A DNA stretch of 59,150 bases, from assembly GCA_003614675.1 (NCBI GenBank), contig ML002248.1:1-59150 (forward strand), in the 5' to 3' direction. The notes under the pieces are model-generated. The model was not told the DNA's origin and ran no database searches. It saw only the letters and a program-made list of their open reading frames with translations. The stretch is from Dimargaris cristalligena. Its lineage: Eukaryota. The position numbers and the translations under genes were made by a program. Each line of letters starts with the position of its first letter. Position 1 is the first letter of the stretch. This document shows, piece by piece, positions 11,687 to 25,300 of the stretch.

Positions 11687-13274
11687 ATGCCGACCATGTC
11701 CCTCAGTCAGCCCATAATCAAGGTAAGTTCCCCACATTCCCAGTGCCGTCTACACCGTCACTTACCTACTCCGGCGGTCTACCATGTGTCGTCGCTGAAC
11801 AACGCTCGACTGTTGTTGACTCGGATATCTGCGTGTCCGGGACACATTGCTGTCCAGTCCTCCCTAACCCTAAGGTATTATTCAATACTATTGGAGGAGT
11901 ATTGGGCAGCCCGCTCTCCACTTCCTCTTTCCCCCCCCTTCACTAACCCTGCCCTCCCCTCCCCTCCACCCCACCTCTATGGCGGTCGGCCTATCCCCCT
12001 CCCAATCCTGGGCCGCCTCTCTTCTAGAAACGGATTCGGGGCCTCCCTAATTCGTTTTGGGCCCAAATATATCTTCTCTTAGTGATACTCCAGGCCCTGG
12101 TGGTGCTGGTGGTTCAAATTGTCTTGATTGCAGACACCGCCAGTGACAAAGCCTCCGATGCCTGGGCCTCCTCCAAGGTGGTCTCCAGTGCCTCTATTCT
12201 GGTCTACGACTCATTGTTCATTGTCGCCGAGATCTTCTTTCTCATCATTGCGTGGGAGGCGGTAAGTGGCCCAACCCATGTCCTCTCCATCTATTTATAG
12301 ATAATATCCTCTCCTCACATGCCCCTCCTACCCAAAATTAGATTTCTCCAATCCGCCCTTAACCTCCAATGCACTATCGTTAACCCATTCGGAAAGTCGA
12401 CCGCGGTACTAACCCTGGCTCTAACACCCACCCTAACATCACCCTTCTCCTCCCTCGTCAGGTGGCCCACAAGAACACCGTCCAGGTCATTGCCGCTACT
12501 TGTTTCAATTTTCTACTTTTGGTCTATTCGCTTATCCAGTACTTCACCAACCGAAGTGCTGCGACCGTCAACAGCACCGCCTACAATCTCCTGATACTGC
12601 GCCTGTGTTTGATCGTCATTATCGGCGTTTGTACCATCGCCTTCGCTGCAGTGACTTGGGAACTCTTCCTCGATTTCGGCTGGAAGATCTTTAAACAATT
12701 AGGGGCCGACTTGGCCATCCGGCAAATGTACAAACGGCACCAAATCCTGATCACTCTACTCAAGCTCGATGTTTTCTTTCTCATCGGCTATTCCGTCCAG
12801 CTAGCCACGCTGGTTCTTAAAACAACCGACGCCGAAACGTGGGTCCAAATTGGACTGGTCATCCCCGGCAGCGTACTTCTCTTATCCTTAGCCTTTTTTT
12901 CCCTGAGTCGGGAACACGGCCCTAGCATGTTGATCGTCATGGTCATTTTGGGCCTGAGCCCAGCTTATTTTATTTACCGTTTAGTCCGGATGTTCACCGT
13001 CACGCGGTCGAGTGGTACGGACCCGTATTGGGATACCCGGGAGTTTCTACTCTTTTTCATCATTGTTAATATTCTCCTACTCATAGGGACTTTTTACAAC
13101 TCTTACCTGTGTTACCGCGATTTTAACCGCGGATTACGGCAGAGTATCGAAGAATACCAGGGCTGCAAGGGCAAGACCCGTGGTATCATCGCCCTGGAAG
13201 TGCAGCCCCGCCCCTCCTCCGATTTAGACTATGAAGAAAAGGCGGACAATCGCGAACGCTGGCAATTGGAGTAG
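11687..13274 (+). CDS. Multi-pass membrane protein, UPF0658 (fungal Golgi membrane protein)-like; 3 exons, ~360 aa
   Basis: Exons 11687-11722, 12028-12261 and 12462-13274, all phase 0 with GTAAGT donors. About 7-8 hydrophobic segments and the family-like motif FGWKIFKQLGADLAIRQMYKRHQILITLLKLDVFF. Confidence 0.8.
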
Positions 13275-14285
13275 TGTTTTATTTTTGGCTCATCGTATAC
13301 ACATACACCTTTCCCTACCCTCTGTAATTCCCTTCTAAAATAATGGGGAGTGGGGTAATCCTCATCGGAATTTCGCATAATTTATTGACCTGATATGGAG
13401 CCATCATTCATACTTACCTGTTATATTCTCCCCCCCTCTCCCTAGTAATCCATGTAAATGGGCTGATTCAAAGAGTTTACTGGGTTATCTTTGTACTTTC
13501 CCGCTGTTTCCACTGGGTCCTTCACCCATTTCTACTCCCTGGCACTTCATATGAAATAAACACTTAATGCCATGTTAAAGATCCGGAAATCGCTGATTTA
13601 GCTGTCCCCCCCTGGGCACCGGTGGTGATGGGGCGGCCATTCTTGGGCTATGCCGGATTTGTGATGTCCTGCTGGTTTGGGTCTGCCAGTGGCTTATTAG
13701 GGCTGCTGCTCGATTAGTGCAGTTGAAAGTGGAGCAAATAATCATCGTAATTTATAATAAGCCACTGGAATGGAGTACTAGAATGCCGTCAAAAGATTGA
13801 ATGGAGTAAACGATAGGGAGAGCCGAGTGGCGCGGCAAGATGCAGCATAGTTAATCGATGCTGATGCACTCCCTGTGAATGGGTGTCTAGTTTACTATTT
13901 CACTGACTTATCTCCACTCACACATGTGGCTTTCCCTATGTAAATGTTTTAATGAAATAGGCCGCGAAAATAAGATAGGCAGATGGGTTTTTGATAAATT
14001 AACTGGAAATAAAAGGACGCATACTTAAAGATAAGGTACATAGATAATTTGTGTGGCAGGTGATTTTTAAATATAGTGGCGCTTGCCCAACTAGCCACCC
14101 TCCCGGTACTCGTATTTGACCGGAAAAAGGTCCAAAAAAAACCAAAGGAATGTGAGCCCGTCCAGACCAATTCGAACCCGCTGTAAATAGCCCCCCAATT
14201 TGTTCGCCATTGGAAATGGTCAGATGTATTTTGTATATATCCTCAAAACGGGGTCGGACCTATGGCATTATAGTCAATAGCAGAG

Positions 14286-16161
14286 TTATTCCTGTACTAT
14301 CTGGTCGTAGGTGGGTGGTGGGGGTTCACTGTGGTTTCTCAACGGGGCGCCATAAGGCGGAGGTGGTTCGCTGTGGTTGGCAGTGTCTTCCAATGCGTCG
14401 GCCACATCGGCGTACCGTTCGGACTCCTGTGATTGCAGGTGTTTTTTAATGCGGGGCACCACGGGCCAGTAAACCCGGGTCTTAAAGTCGTGGGTCATTT
14501 GGTAGTGGAAGAAATCATTTTGGTAGTAAGGCTGGTAATGGGCGATCAGGCGGGCCTTGTTACCCTCGACGAAGTACCGCCGGTAAACGCTGGTGAGGAA
14601 GGGATTGCCGAGTCGGTAGATCATTCCACTTAAATCGAACTTGCTTTGGTCCAGTAGGACCAGGGTGGTGAGGAGGATGGGATTCGGGCCCTGCCCCGGG
14701 GTGCCGCCCCACCCAAACATCATGGGGTTTCCCTTTGCCGTTAACCATACTTCAGCGTACCGGGGCATGGATGCTAACGTTCGCAGCGCATCCTCCAACG
14801 GCGCAAACCGCCGGCGGGACACGCAATAGGCCGTCACCAACATGGTGAGTGATTTCACCATGGTGTGCTGTGTTTCCATCGAAATTTCCTTCCACCATTC
14901 CGCTGGGCGTAGTGTACCGTGAACAATCTTGCCCATGGGACCCCGGGCCATTCTAAGCTGGTCGTACACGGCCAGGGGGAAACTCTGGCTGGTCCACAGA
15001 GCGACCATGAAGTCGCTGAGCAGGCGATCGCTGGCCAGTTTCACCACGAAAAGGGGGGTAAAGTAACGTACGAGGAGACTCAGGGGAAGGGCATCGACAC
15101 TCACTAGCTTGGTTTCAGCTAAAATCACGGCTTCGATACGGCGCCAGGTGACGCTCGACTTTGGGGAAGTGGAGGCAGATGTTGAGGTGGAGTGCGTGAG
15201 TAGGGCCATGGGATTGGTCCGCAATTCAGTGGAATCATGTGTAGCGTGGTTTCGGGCCGCAATGATGAATAGGGAAGCCAGGAGGGTCTCAAATAGATTT
15301 CCGTAATGATTGATGATTATTCGGGGGGTAAAGCTGGATCGGGTTTCCAAACGAATGGCGTCGGCCAGTGATTTGAGAATCTAAGGTGGTTTGATATGGT
15401 AAATATCCGGGCAAGGAGGAAGGGTGGAGGGGAGGGGGATTCGAATGATCGCATCATCAAAATGAAGGAAGAATAGAAAATGGCTTGACATATATAATTA
15501 GTTATCTTGCAGCGGACTTAAAGTGTTATGCGCGATTAGTAGTATATCTAAGGAATTGGGTCGATTCGAAGACTGCATTAGCGGGTTAAAATGGGTTGCC
15601 TAGTGTATAATCCAAGGGATAGGGTAGAAGAACTCCCAATGTAAGATGGCAGTCCATCCAATGGTTTACCTCTTCTATCACTTCATTCGACATGGAACCT
15701 TGTTCAGCTGTCGCAGCGGGACTGCGGTTGACCGGCGTTGAAGTAGTCACCGGCGGGGACACCGACGCTGCCGAATTCGGCGGCACCAGCGACGACGAGG
15801 ACGACGAAAAGGAAGACACCGTCCTCAGTATGCTCCCCACTGAATTCATTCTTAACCAGGAACGGCGATTACGGCGGGGCGGGGTATCGGCAGAGTCATG
15901 GTGGGATGTATGACTACTGGGTTGATTATTCGGGGAAATGTCCCCTTCGCCCTGAGGGCTAGACCGGTTAGTACCCTCGGCGTTATCTCTCGCGTGGTCA
16001 TCGCGGAATCTCTCCGACTGGGTAGAGATAGGCACATTACTGGTACTATACGTAGACGAACTACTGACGTGCGCTGGGACAATGAAACCAATATGTCCAA
16101 ACATAACTGCGCTAACGGGGCCAGTGCATCCCAACACGAGATAGATTTGCCACTGCTTCAT
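14286..16161 (-). CDS. Orphan protein, possibly secreted; 2 exons, ~528 aa
   Basis: Exons 16161-15670 and 15380-14286 join in frame through a phase-0 GTAAAC...TTAG intron. Weak signal-peptide-like start MKQWQIYLVLGCTGPVSA, a Ser/Pro-rich region, and a C-terminal duplicated NHSEPPPP(T)Y. No family recognised. Confidence 0.65.
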
Positions 16162-19100
16162 GGCGCTAGTGTCCGATGGGGAAGTGTAGATAGATATCCC
16201 GAGTGATAAAAGGTAAATACTAAGGTCCTGAATAGTGGGCGATGAATCGATTCCTGAAGAGGGAGGTTCGATCAGTTTGATGCAGAAAAGGGGAGATGGT
16301 ACCAGCACTCATTGGCGGGTTTAATAGCAAATTATGGGTATACCTACCTAGGCAAGGTATTCACTTTTATACATAAACAATATTTTGTTTTTTTAAATAT
16401 AGGGGAGTATCGGCCCTTGGGTTGGGAATCTTTGCATCCGGAAACCACCGGGCTGGTCACTGTGCGACTATGGTACACTAATAGCTACCATTGTGCAACA
16501 CATAGTAAGGAAGGTTATCAATTTCATTAAAACAATAGTCCTACTTCGCTCATGCTTCCCTGCTTCCTAATATCAGTGCCTAGTGAGTGGATGCTACACC
16601 CGCCACTGCTAGGTCTCTATTGGCCTAAATAATTTACACCCTCACTGTGATCACCTCTACCAATCGCTTATACTAATTTTAGCGAATCCGCCAGCTGTGG
16701 CACATATCGAATATCGATTTGGACTTGTCCCCCTTTTCCATATACATAGACACCGGTAGCACTTGGTCCCCAATTTTTCATCCTGCCCTATCCATTGATC
16801 GGTCAATGGAGGGGGGTGATTCCAAGGCGAAGGTATGGTTTTGAATAAAGTGTATCACAGTGGCCCTAATAGACAATATCGACTTATAGAGGCTAATGCT
16901 CATGTCGTTTAGTATTCGTGATCCAGGCAAAAATTGGATGTATTTAGGGTATTATAAATCCCCTATTTCGTAAATAGTCTTCAATTCTGAACTCGCCCCA
17001 CCTTGTTATTTCGTAATGTCTCTATAACTTATATTATAATTACTATAAAAAACGTCTCTTAAGCGTTGCATTGGACACATTTTTCGTATAATTACCCCAA
17101 GAGTAGGGTTCAAAGTGTATTGGCTATGATAGAAAATGGTGCTATTCGAGGGGTGCTATGGGAGCTAACCTATAATGCAACGTCGGCGGAAGATGAGTAT
17201 GCCTCCGCGGGAAGAAGTACAGGTACATTGGAATTAAATACTGAGGTCCAGGACCAGCCAAAGGAATGTTATTCCTACCGTCGGACTCCTCTGAACAGGG
17301 GGCAGACATCGGTGTACCTACAATTAAGCATTAGTGATTAGGGCTACGAAAATGGCTGCATATCAAACCCAAGAATAGCACCGTGTCGAGGACCACCCCC
17401 TCCCACCCAACTATAGGTGATTGATCTCGACTCGTTTACTTTCCTTTTTTGTATTCACCAATTTCAAGGTGGATCGCGATCGAGTCTGGTGCGTAAATCA
17501 GACCATCGCCCGACCCGTGGCGTATGTGACGATATATGAGTTTAGAGAGAACCTCACTTCGTTCAACGTCAATGTTGGTGTTAAAATGAAGATTTATTCG
17601 AGGTATAGGAAAATAATAGGTAAAAGTAAGGAAACAAGTAGAAAAACTAGAGCGGTGACGGTATGGAATGTTGGGGGTGATGATGATTGTTGTTTTTCAA
17701 TGTCCACCAAGGACGTTCTTTTGTAAGGAATTGATTATGGTTACTGAAAGCGAGACACGGTTATGGCGTGTTGTGGTGGAGCTGGGATACCCCGGAAGAA
17801 TGCAAGGCAGTGATGACTCGAGTGTAACAGGATGCCGAGTGGGGACAGAATAATCAAGTAATACCGAGTGGGGATATTGTGAATAAGACTTGTAATTTAT
17901 AATAAGTATTTTATTGAAACATGAAGATCTTTTGAGTACACAAGTTATTACTTCTTTTATATCTATATTTCTGGTATCTGGGTAGAGTGACTGCCATTCA
18001 CTGCTTGTTCTGAGGGGGCCGCTATGGTGAGGGGGTTAGATGGAGCGTTCTCATTGGTCGAGATAAGGGATCGTTCTAACTCAGGACCGTCCGCCCCCTC
18101 TGAGGGTTGCACAAGCTGCTGAAAGATAGTTAAAGAGACGCGGAGGGACATGTTGATAGTATTATGTGCGTTAGACAAGAGGCGTAAAACGTCACAGTGT
18201 AGACCCAAACTGTAGGAGAGTTGAAGCTACACTTCGCATTACAGTGTTAACCTAGAGAGGAATGGATAGACATGCTGTGCATTGGTCGGATAATGGACTT
18301 ATAGGTCCCCTGCTGTTGCGGATGTTTGTCAATAGTTATCGAATCGGAGGAAGGGGGTGCGCATAAGGCATTGAGTCGATATTTGCCAAAATACAACGAC
18401 TGAATTATAGTTTCAAGGAGAAATGTAGTCATAAATTCAGGTGCCTTTTTTTATGGGGAAAAATCTTAGTGGGGAAATAACTAAGTTTAGCAATATATTT
18501 CTCGCAATCACATCGACTACTATTCGAGTATGCCAGTATCCCCCCATAAAAAACCGCGAAACTCGGTCAAACCAGCAACTGTTTGGAGATTGCCCCATAG
18601 TTCCGGGCGAAGTTGTTTAAATTAGAGGGAGGCATATTCATCCTATAAAAAGGTTTCACCGGAAACCGAAAATGTTCGTCGTTGTCCTTTTTAGATTCCC
18701 GGGGACTCAAGAATTATTTCATGCTCAACAGTCCTTGGGTGCATACCCATTGAATACTACTGATAGCATTGTCGCACCACACATTATCCAATGTATGAGT
18801 GCACTTTATTTCTCATCCCCTGGCTTTTCCAAACCGGTTATTCACTGTTCTTAGTTGCCAAGCATTTTTCTCGTCCTGGTTGGTTTAATAATGACATGCC
18901 TCCGAGTCCGGTTTAAAGCACGGGGTAAGTATTCGATATCCACGACCTAGGCAGGAGAGTTGTTCGATACTACATCCCCTTGATATATATATAGTAAGAA
19001 ATATGCAATGAACTGGTATAGTGAATGGGGGAAGGGGGATGTATAGCCAAGTGGCTTTTCGGCCAGGATACTAAATCATAATTTTATTGATCAAGTATTA

Positions 19101-19386
19101 ATTTGGTTTTGCAGACAGCGTGTGCCCCAGCCTACCGACCTACGAAGGCCTAAACCTAGTTAGGTACGCGTAGTTCCCAACCCAGGCAGTCTATATTTTG
19201 CCTATTTGTGTATATATAATGGTCGGCGAACTGCCAGTTTACGTGGCCTCAATATACCGATCCATTTACTCTGCCTTCAGAGTCGTTAATGTGTAATTAG
19301 GATCTCGTGTATTTCCCAGTTATTTTTATTATTCGCCACCATTCGATCCATTCATATATTTTTCTCTCGCCAACAGTTTATCCGCG

Positions 19387-22300
19387 ATGGTTGCCTTTGC
19401 CTCTGCCCCGATTTCCCACTCCATGGGTTTCCTTTTGCCCGTCGTTCCTATGGAATATCAACCTGACATTGACCTACCCCTCGGCAAGCCCCGTACCAAC
19501 CCACCGGGCTACGCGGCCTGGTGCTATGGTGTATCTTTTCCCGATTTGGATCTGCTCCATCACGACCAGTTCAAACAAGGGTGCCAATTGGCGATGGCTA
19601 CTCTCCTAAGCCGTTACTATCGCCAGCCCGCGGTCGCCTTTGCCCACTGGCAAGGTCCCGTCGGGCCAAATATATTTGTTGACCAGTTTAATGGAGAACT
19701 TGACTTGGTCCTCGCCAGGATGAATCCCGATACCCCTGTTTCCGCTATTAGCCTGCAACACCTTGCGCCTGATTATCTCCCTACCTTGTCAGGCCCAGTG
19801 GTTGAGGTGGTCCTCCATAGCGACGCAGACGGCTCCAGCACGCTTACCCCCATGTCCGAAACCAATATCGGCTACAATCAACCCAAGGAGGTCGAAGCAA
19901 ACTCGCATATTACTGAACTATTGGCCCAAAGCACCGCTCACCTGGTAGTGAGTTGCGCACTTGGCCAAGGTCATTTTCAGATCACTGTAACCTATGCCCG
20001 GGCCTTGTACCGTGATTCAGCCGTGGCGGAATTTACAAGTCAGTTCGGAACGGTCCTTCAGGCAGTTGCCCAGGCCCTACTGGACGATCAACCCACCCTC
20101 GTGCGCGAAATTCCGTGGGTCAGTGACCGCGAACTAGCTCGCCTATCCGACTTCTCGCACTCAGGCCAGCCTACTCGCGCGATTGGCCGCCCGGTCCACC
20201 ATCTATTCGGCGACTGTGCCCAACTTTACCCCGACCATCTAGCCCTGGTTGATGGCTCGAATGAATGGACCTACGCTCAGCTGGACTATGCCAGTTCCGA
20301 ACTGGCCCGGGTTCTTGTGGCTCAATACAGTGCTTGCCCTGAAGTTCGCTTCGCCCTACTCATACCTAAATCAATTGCTTATATGGTGACCATTTTGGCG
20401 GTTTTGAAGTCCGGTGCTGCCTACGTGCCCCTTGATCCCGATTACCCCACCGACCGAATCCAATTCGTTTTAGAGGATAGTGATGCAAGCTTGTTACTTG
20501 TGGACGAGTCCAGTTTTGGTAGGGTAGCTAGCCAGTTTAATGTACCGACAATGACGGTGAATCCGTTTGTGCAACAACCCATATCTGGGGTACTCTCTGA
20601 TTTCCAACCGTTTCTCTCGGCTCCCAGCGATCTGGCCTACGTCATCTATACCTCAGGTACCACTGGCCGTCCCAAAGGAGTTTTGATTGAACATCGCGGT
20701 GTGGCAAATTTTGCCACTGATCCTTACTTACGCAGAGAATACGGTCCAGGCCGTCGGGTCTATCAGGCAGGATCCGTCGCCTTTGACGGCATTCTGGTGA
20801 ATACATTTCGCGCCCTCTGTGCTGGTGGTACGCTTGTTATCCCCACTGACAATATACTAGAAGACTTGCAGAATATACATGTGGGCACACTTACGACTAC
20901 CTTTCTATCTCGTCTGGACCCCAAGGGTTTCACTAATTTGGAAACCCTGGCAATCGGCGGGGAGTCCCTTCTACCTGACCAACAGGCTCGGTGGACACCC
21001 CACTGCATTTTGGCCAACCATTACGGTCCAACTGAAACGACAGTCTACAGCAACTTGGCCGCCATCGGGCGCGACGATGACATCACCATCGGCCGACCAA
21101 TTGGCAACGTCATCAATTTGGTGGTTGACGATGAACTTCAGTTAGTACCTGTCGGGGTTCCCGGTGAACTTCTCATTGGGGGGATCGGAGTGGCTCGGGG
21201 TTACCAGAACCTACCTGAGTTGACCGCCCAAAAGTTTATTCCCAATCCGTACGGGGAGGGCCGGGTGTACCGCACGGGGGATTATGTCCGATGGCTCTCA
21301 AACGGAACAGTGGAATTCCTCGGTCGTATCGATAACCAAATCAAACTACGTGGGTACCGGATTGAGATTGAGGAAATTGAGAATGTGGCGAGTCAATTCC
21401 CCGGACTAAAACAGTGTGTGGCGGCGGTGGTTGAGGACACTTTGGTGCTCTACGCCAGTCCTGAAGACCTCGAGCCAACCAGTCTATTGGACTATTTGAA
21501 GGATCGATTATCCAAGCAAATGGTACCTGAGCTGGTAGTACCCGTGCCCAATTTTAAAACCACCATATTGGGTAAACTGGATCGTAGGTCTCTGCCGTCC
21601 ATTGGTCACTTGCTGTCAAAGAACTCTTTTTTATCCCCTACTGGGTCGGATACCAATGGTCCTCAATCGGAAGCCGAGGAAGACCTTCGACGAGTGTGGG
21701 GCAAGGTTCTACAGCGTGACCCCGGCCGTATTGGTACCACTGACCATTTTTTCAAAGTCGGTGGCGACTCGATTTCGGCCATCCTTCTGGTATCCGAGTG
21801 TCGGCAATTGGGATATCAGCTGACCGTGTCTCTAATTTACCAGTATCCTGAGCTATTCCAGATGGCAGCACAAGTTCAACACCTCTCCTCCATCGACAAT
21901 ATCAACGGGGTACAGTTCAGTCTGTCCGAAATCGAGTTCCAGCAAGTTACGGAGGAGCTAGGTCACCGGGGGATTTCATCATCCGAAGTTGAGGTTCTAC
22001 TCCCTTGTATTGGGGTGCAGGGTGGTCTATTAGTTGGGCTAGGTGTAGATCCCTCTGCGTACACGGTTCAAATATCTTTGAAACTTAATGGCTCTCTGGA
22101 TTACCACCGGCTAACCCAGGCCTGGAACGCCGTCGCCAGCCAACATCCCCCCCTCCGAACTGTGTTTGTGGAATCATCCGCCAAACGGTCGCAAGGTTTT
22201 GTTCAGGCCGTGATTCGCTCGCCTTCGGATGTTTGGACCCTCGGCAATAAGCCCTTAGCCTGTCTTGATAGTTTTTTTACCAACAACTTGCGACGCGGTT

Positions 22301-25300
22301 TCGTTCTACAGGAGCTCATGATCCGTAATTTTGTATTTCCCACCGCTGATAGTCAGGTACATGATGTCGTTATTTCGGCCCACCATTCGCACCTAGACGG
22401 CTGGTCCATGTCGCTTCTTCTCCAGGCCTGGATGGCCGCCTACCACCACCCTGAGATATTGGCACCCTCACCACTAATTAGCTTCCCGACGGTTGTGGAG
22501 TACCTAAGTCAGATGGATAACACTCAAGCAGGTGAGTTTTGGTCAACCTACCTACGCAATGCCCATTCGACACCAGCGCCCATGCTCTTCCCGGGGTCCA
22601 GTGGAGCATCGGGTTCGGCGACCTACTACACCGTTATTGATATTCCCAAGACCCAAATGCAGCAATTTACTCAGAGTGTAGGGATTACGCTGGCCACCTT
22701 GTTTCGGGCTGCCTACGCTTTAGTCCTGAGTCGTTTACTCGATCAAGACGATGTCATATTCGGAGTGATTCTGTCTGGACGAAATTTAGACTTATTGGGT
22801 ATGGACCAGGTCATCGGTCTCTGTATCAACACACTGCCGTTCCGGGCATGCCTAGGCCAGTCGCCTCTCTACTCTTGGTTACAGTCGCTTCACCAAGCCC
22901 AATCGAACATGATCCAATTTGAGCACTCAACGTTGCCCGATGTTACCCGGTGGGCCTCCACTGGCCAATCTGGGCCACTCTTCCACACCCTTTTAGGATT
23001 TGAGAATTACAACGGCTATGCGGCTGAACCGTCACACCACATTACCCTATCCGATCTCCGGGTTCACGAGGCTACGGAGTACCCACTAACCGTCGATTTT
23101 CTTGTCCAATCCACAGATATCCAGGCCAAGGCTCTCTATAGTACATCGACCTACTCGGAGGAAGCTATCCGGCACTTGGTCGGAATGATCCAGACCGCTG
23201 TTGAGCAGATTATATTGGCGCAGCCTGGGACCACTGTGGACCAACTAACACTCATGACTTCGCCATCGAGTCACTCTATTGTATATGACCAAGAAGAATT
23301 CAGTGCTGCATCAGCCTTGCCTGCCCAATCGTTGGCCAAAACCTGGGATACGATCATACTGGAATACTCCGAACATCCGGTTTATATTTCGAAAGGACAC
23401 GTTCTGTTGTATGGTCAGCTGGACCATTTAGCCGATGGCCTTGCGTTGCAATCGGGCCAAATTCTCAAAGTGCCCCGCCCATCAATCATGGCTCTTGTGG
23501 AAAGCGTTGAACAGTACATGGTCTGTTTAGTGAGCGCGGTCAAGATGGGGGCCCGCCTCACACTTCTAGCACCCCCATGTACAATTGACCAATTGGTGGT
23601 GTGCGTCAACTTGACAGCGAGCCAGATAGCATGGCTACCGTCGGCCAAAGCCGAGGAAATTCGACCGTTCCTGAAAGGGGTTGTACCATTGATTACTGTG
23701 CCAAGTGCAATTGATGAGTCCATCAGCCGCACCCTTGCGCCTCGTGGATTCAAGCCCCTCATTGATCGACAGGACCCCAGCCTGACGTTCACTTCCAAAA
23801 AGAATTCGGATGACCTGGTTCTATCTACCATTAACGGTTCGTGTATCCGGTGCACCCTTGCCTCAACGCACCATTACACCTCCGATAAGGCTGGTATTAT
23901 TATCGACCACTCGTTATCCCTTGATACTCCCCAGGCTGCCTGGCTCATTCTCTCGAGCCTGACATCGCATGCGACGGTTCTATCACACACTTCCCCTCTT
24001 GACGAGCATACCAAATCATCCTCGTGCCATGTGATGACTGCTGATGCTCTACACAGTGATTTGGGTGAGAGTAATAGGTTGGTTCTTTGTGACCTGGCCC
24101 AAGCCCACCAGTCCGACTGCATTAGTCTAGTCAAATCCACCGACATCTGCATATCGTTTATTGAGTCCATCTTTCATGGATACCAACAAGTCACTAAGGA
24201 GCAATTGACGTCCCAGTCTTTCCCCACCGCAGACAAGCCATCCAATAATTATTGCCTGGACGTGCTGGACGGTCACGGTCATCCCTGCCCCCCAGGAGCT
24301 GTTGGTCGCTTAACCTTCACCAGTCCGGTGCCCCTTGACCATTCAGCCCCCCAAAAGTACCTGATCCTTGGCTATCGCGCCGACGACAACCGGATCCACA
24401 TGCTAGGCCCTGACTCCCAGAGAGTAGTTGTTAAAGGCCAGCATATACATCTTGGTATACTGACTCGAGCACTAACTGAGGCTGGTGCTCTTTCCCCACA
24501 GTGTATAGTGCTACCCGACGGTCGACCAGTTGCCCTAATAGCCAATACAGCCGAAGTGGACTTGACTCGGCTTAAAGAATTCGCAACCCCACCTGCCATC
24601 CCTCTTGCTCTAGTACCCCATGCCATCATTTCGATCTACGCCTTCCCCCACGTAGCCGGCCTTAGTGACCATCATCTGGCGTTCTTCGTACAGGCTTATC
24701 TCACCACCCTCACTCTTCGCCACTCTGAGTCATTGTTGGAAACAGAGTGGTGGCTCACTGTGGTAGTGAACGAGCTGTGTGCCTCCCCATCTCATTCAAA
24801 CGACTATACTACAACTAGCCTCCTTCGCACCTCATCGGAAGCCACACTGGTCCAGTTGGAAATGTTTCAATATCGCATTCGCATTAAATTCGGTATCAAC
24901 ATGCCCCTGGGTGACCTGGTCAAACACGCTGAACTACGAACACTGGCTTCTACTCTACTGGACCGCATAAACCGGCTCCCATCTGCATATTCCGGTGATT
25001 CGGGTGTCGAAGAGGTCAGCATCAGCGTACCAGTTTCCTCACAATTAAATTTGCGGAGTCAGGCGGTTACCGATCGTCAGCATCAAATATGGTCCCTTAG
25101 CCGGTTGGGGCACACCCCTTCAGATTTCTACCACCAGTGTGTGATAACTTCAGAGGTACCACTCCAGCTGGAGGTTGTCCAGCGGGCCGTCAACAACCTA
25201 TCCGCCACATTTGAATCGCTCCGTTGCCAGTTTATATCAGTCCGAGGTGCACTCACTTGTACTGTCTTACCCCAGGTGCGAACTGGAATCTCTGAGACCC

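Noticed and set aside
14120-14200. GGGTTCGAAT on the minus strand resembling a tRNA T-loop
   Set aside because: No complementary T-stem or cloverleaf could be built.
17963-18432. Two short minus-strand ORFs upstream of the NRPS with a possible acceptor site
   Set aside because: No convincing start or donor to join them and no recognisable similarity; cannot be supported as a gene.
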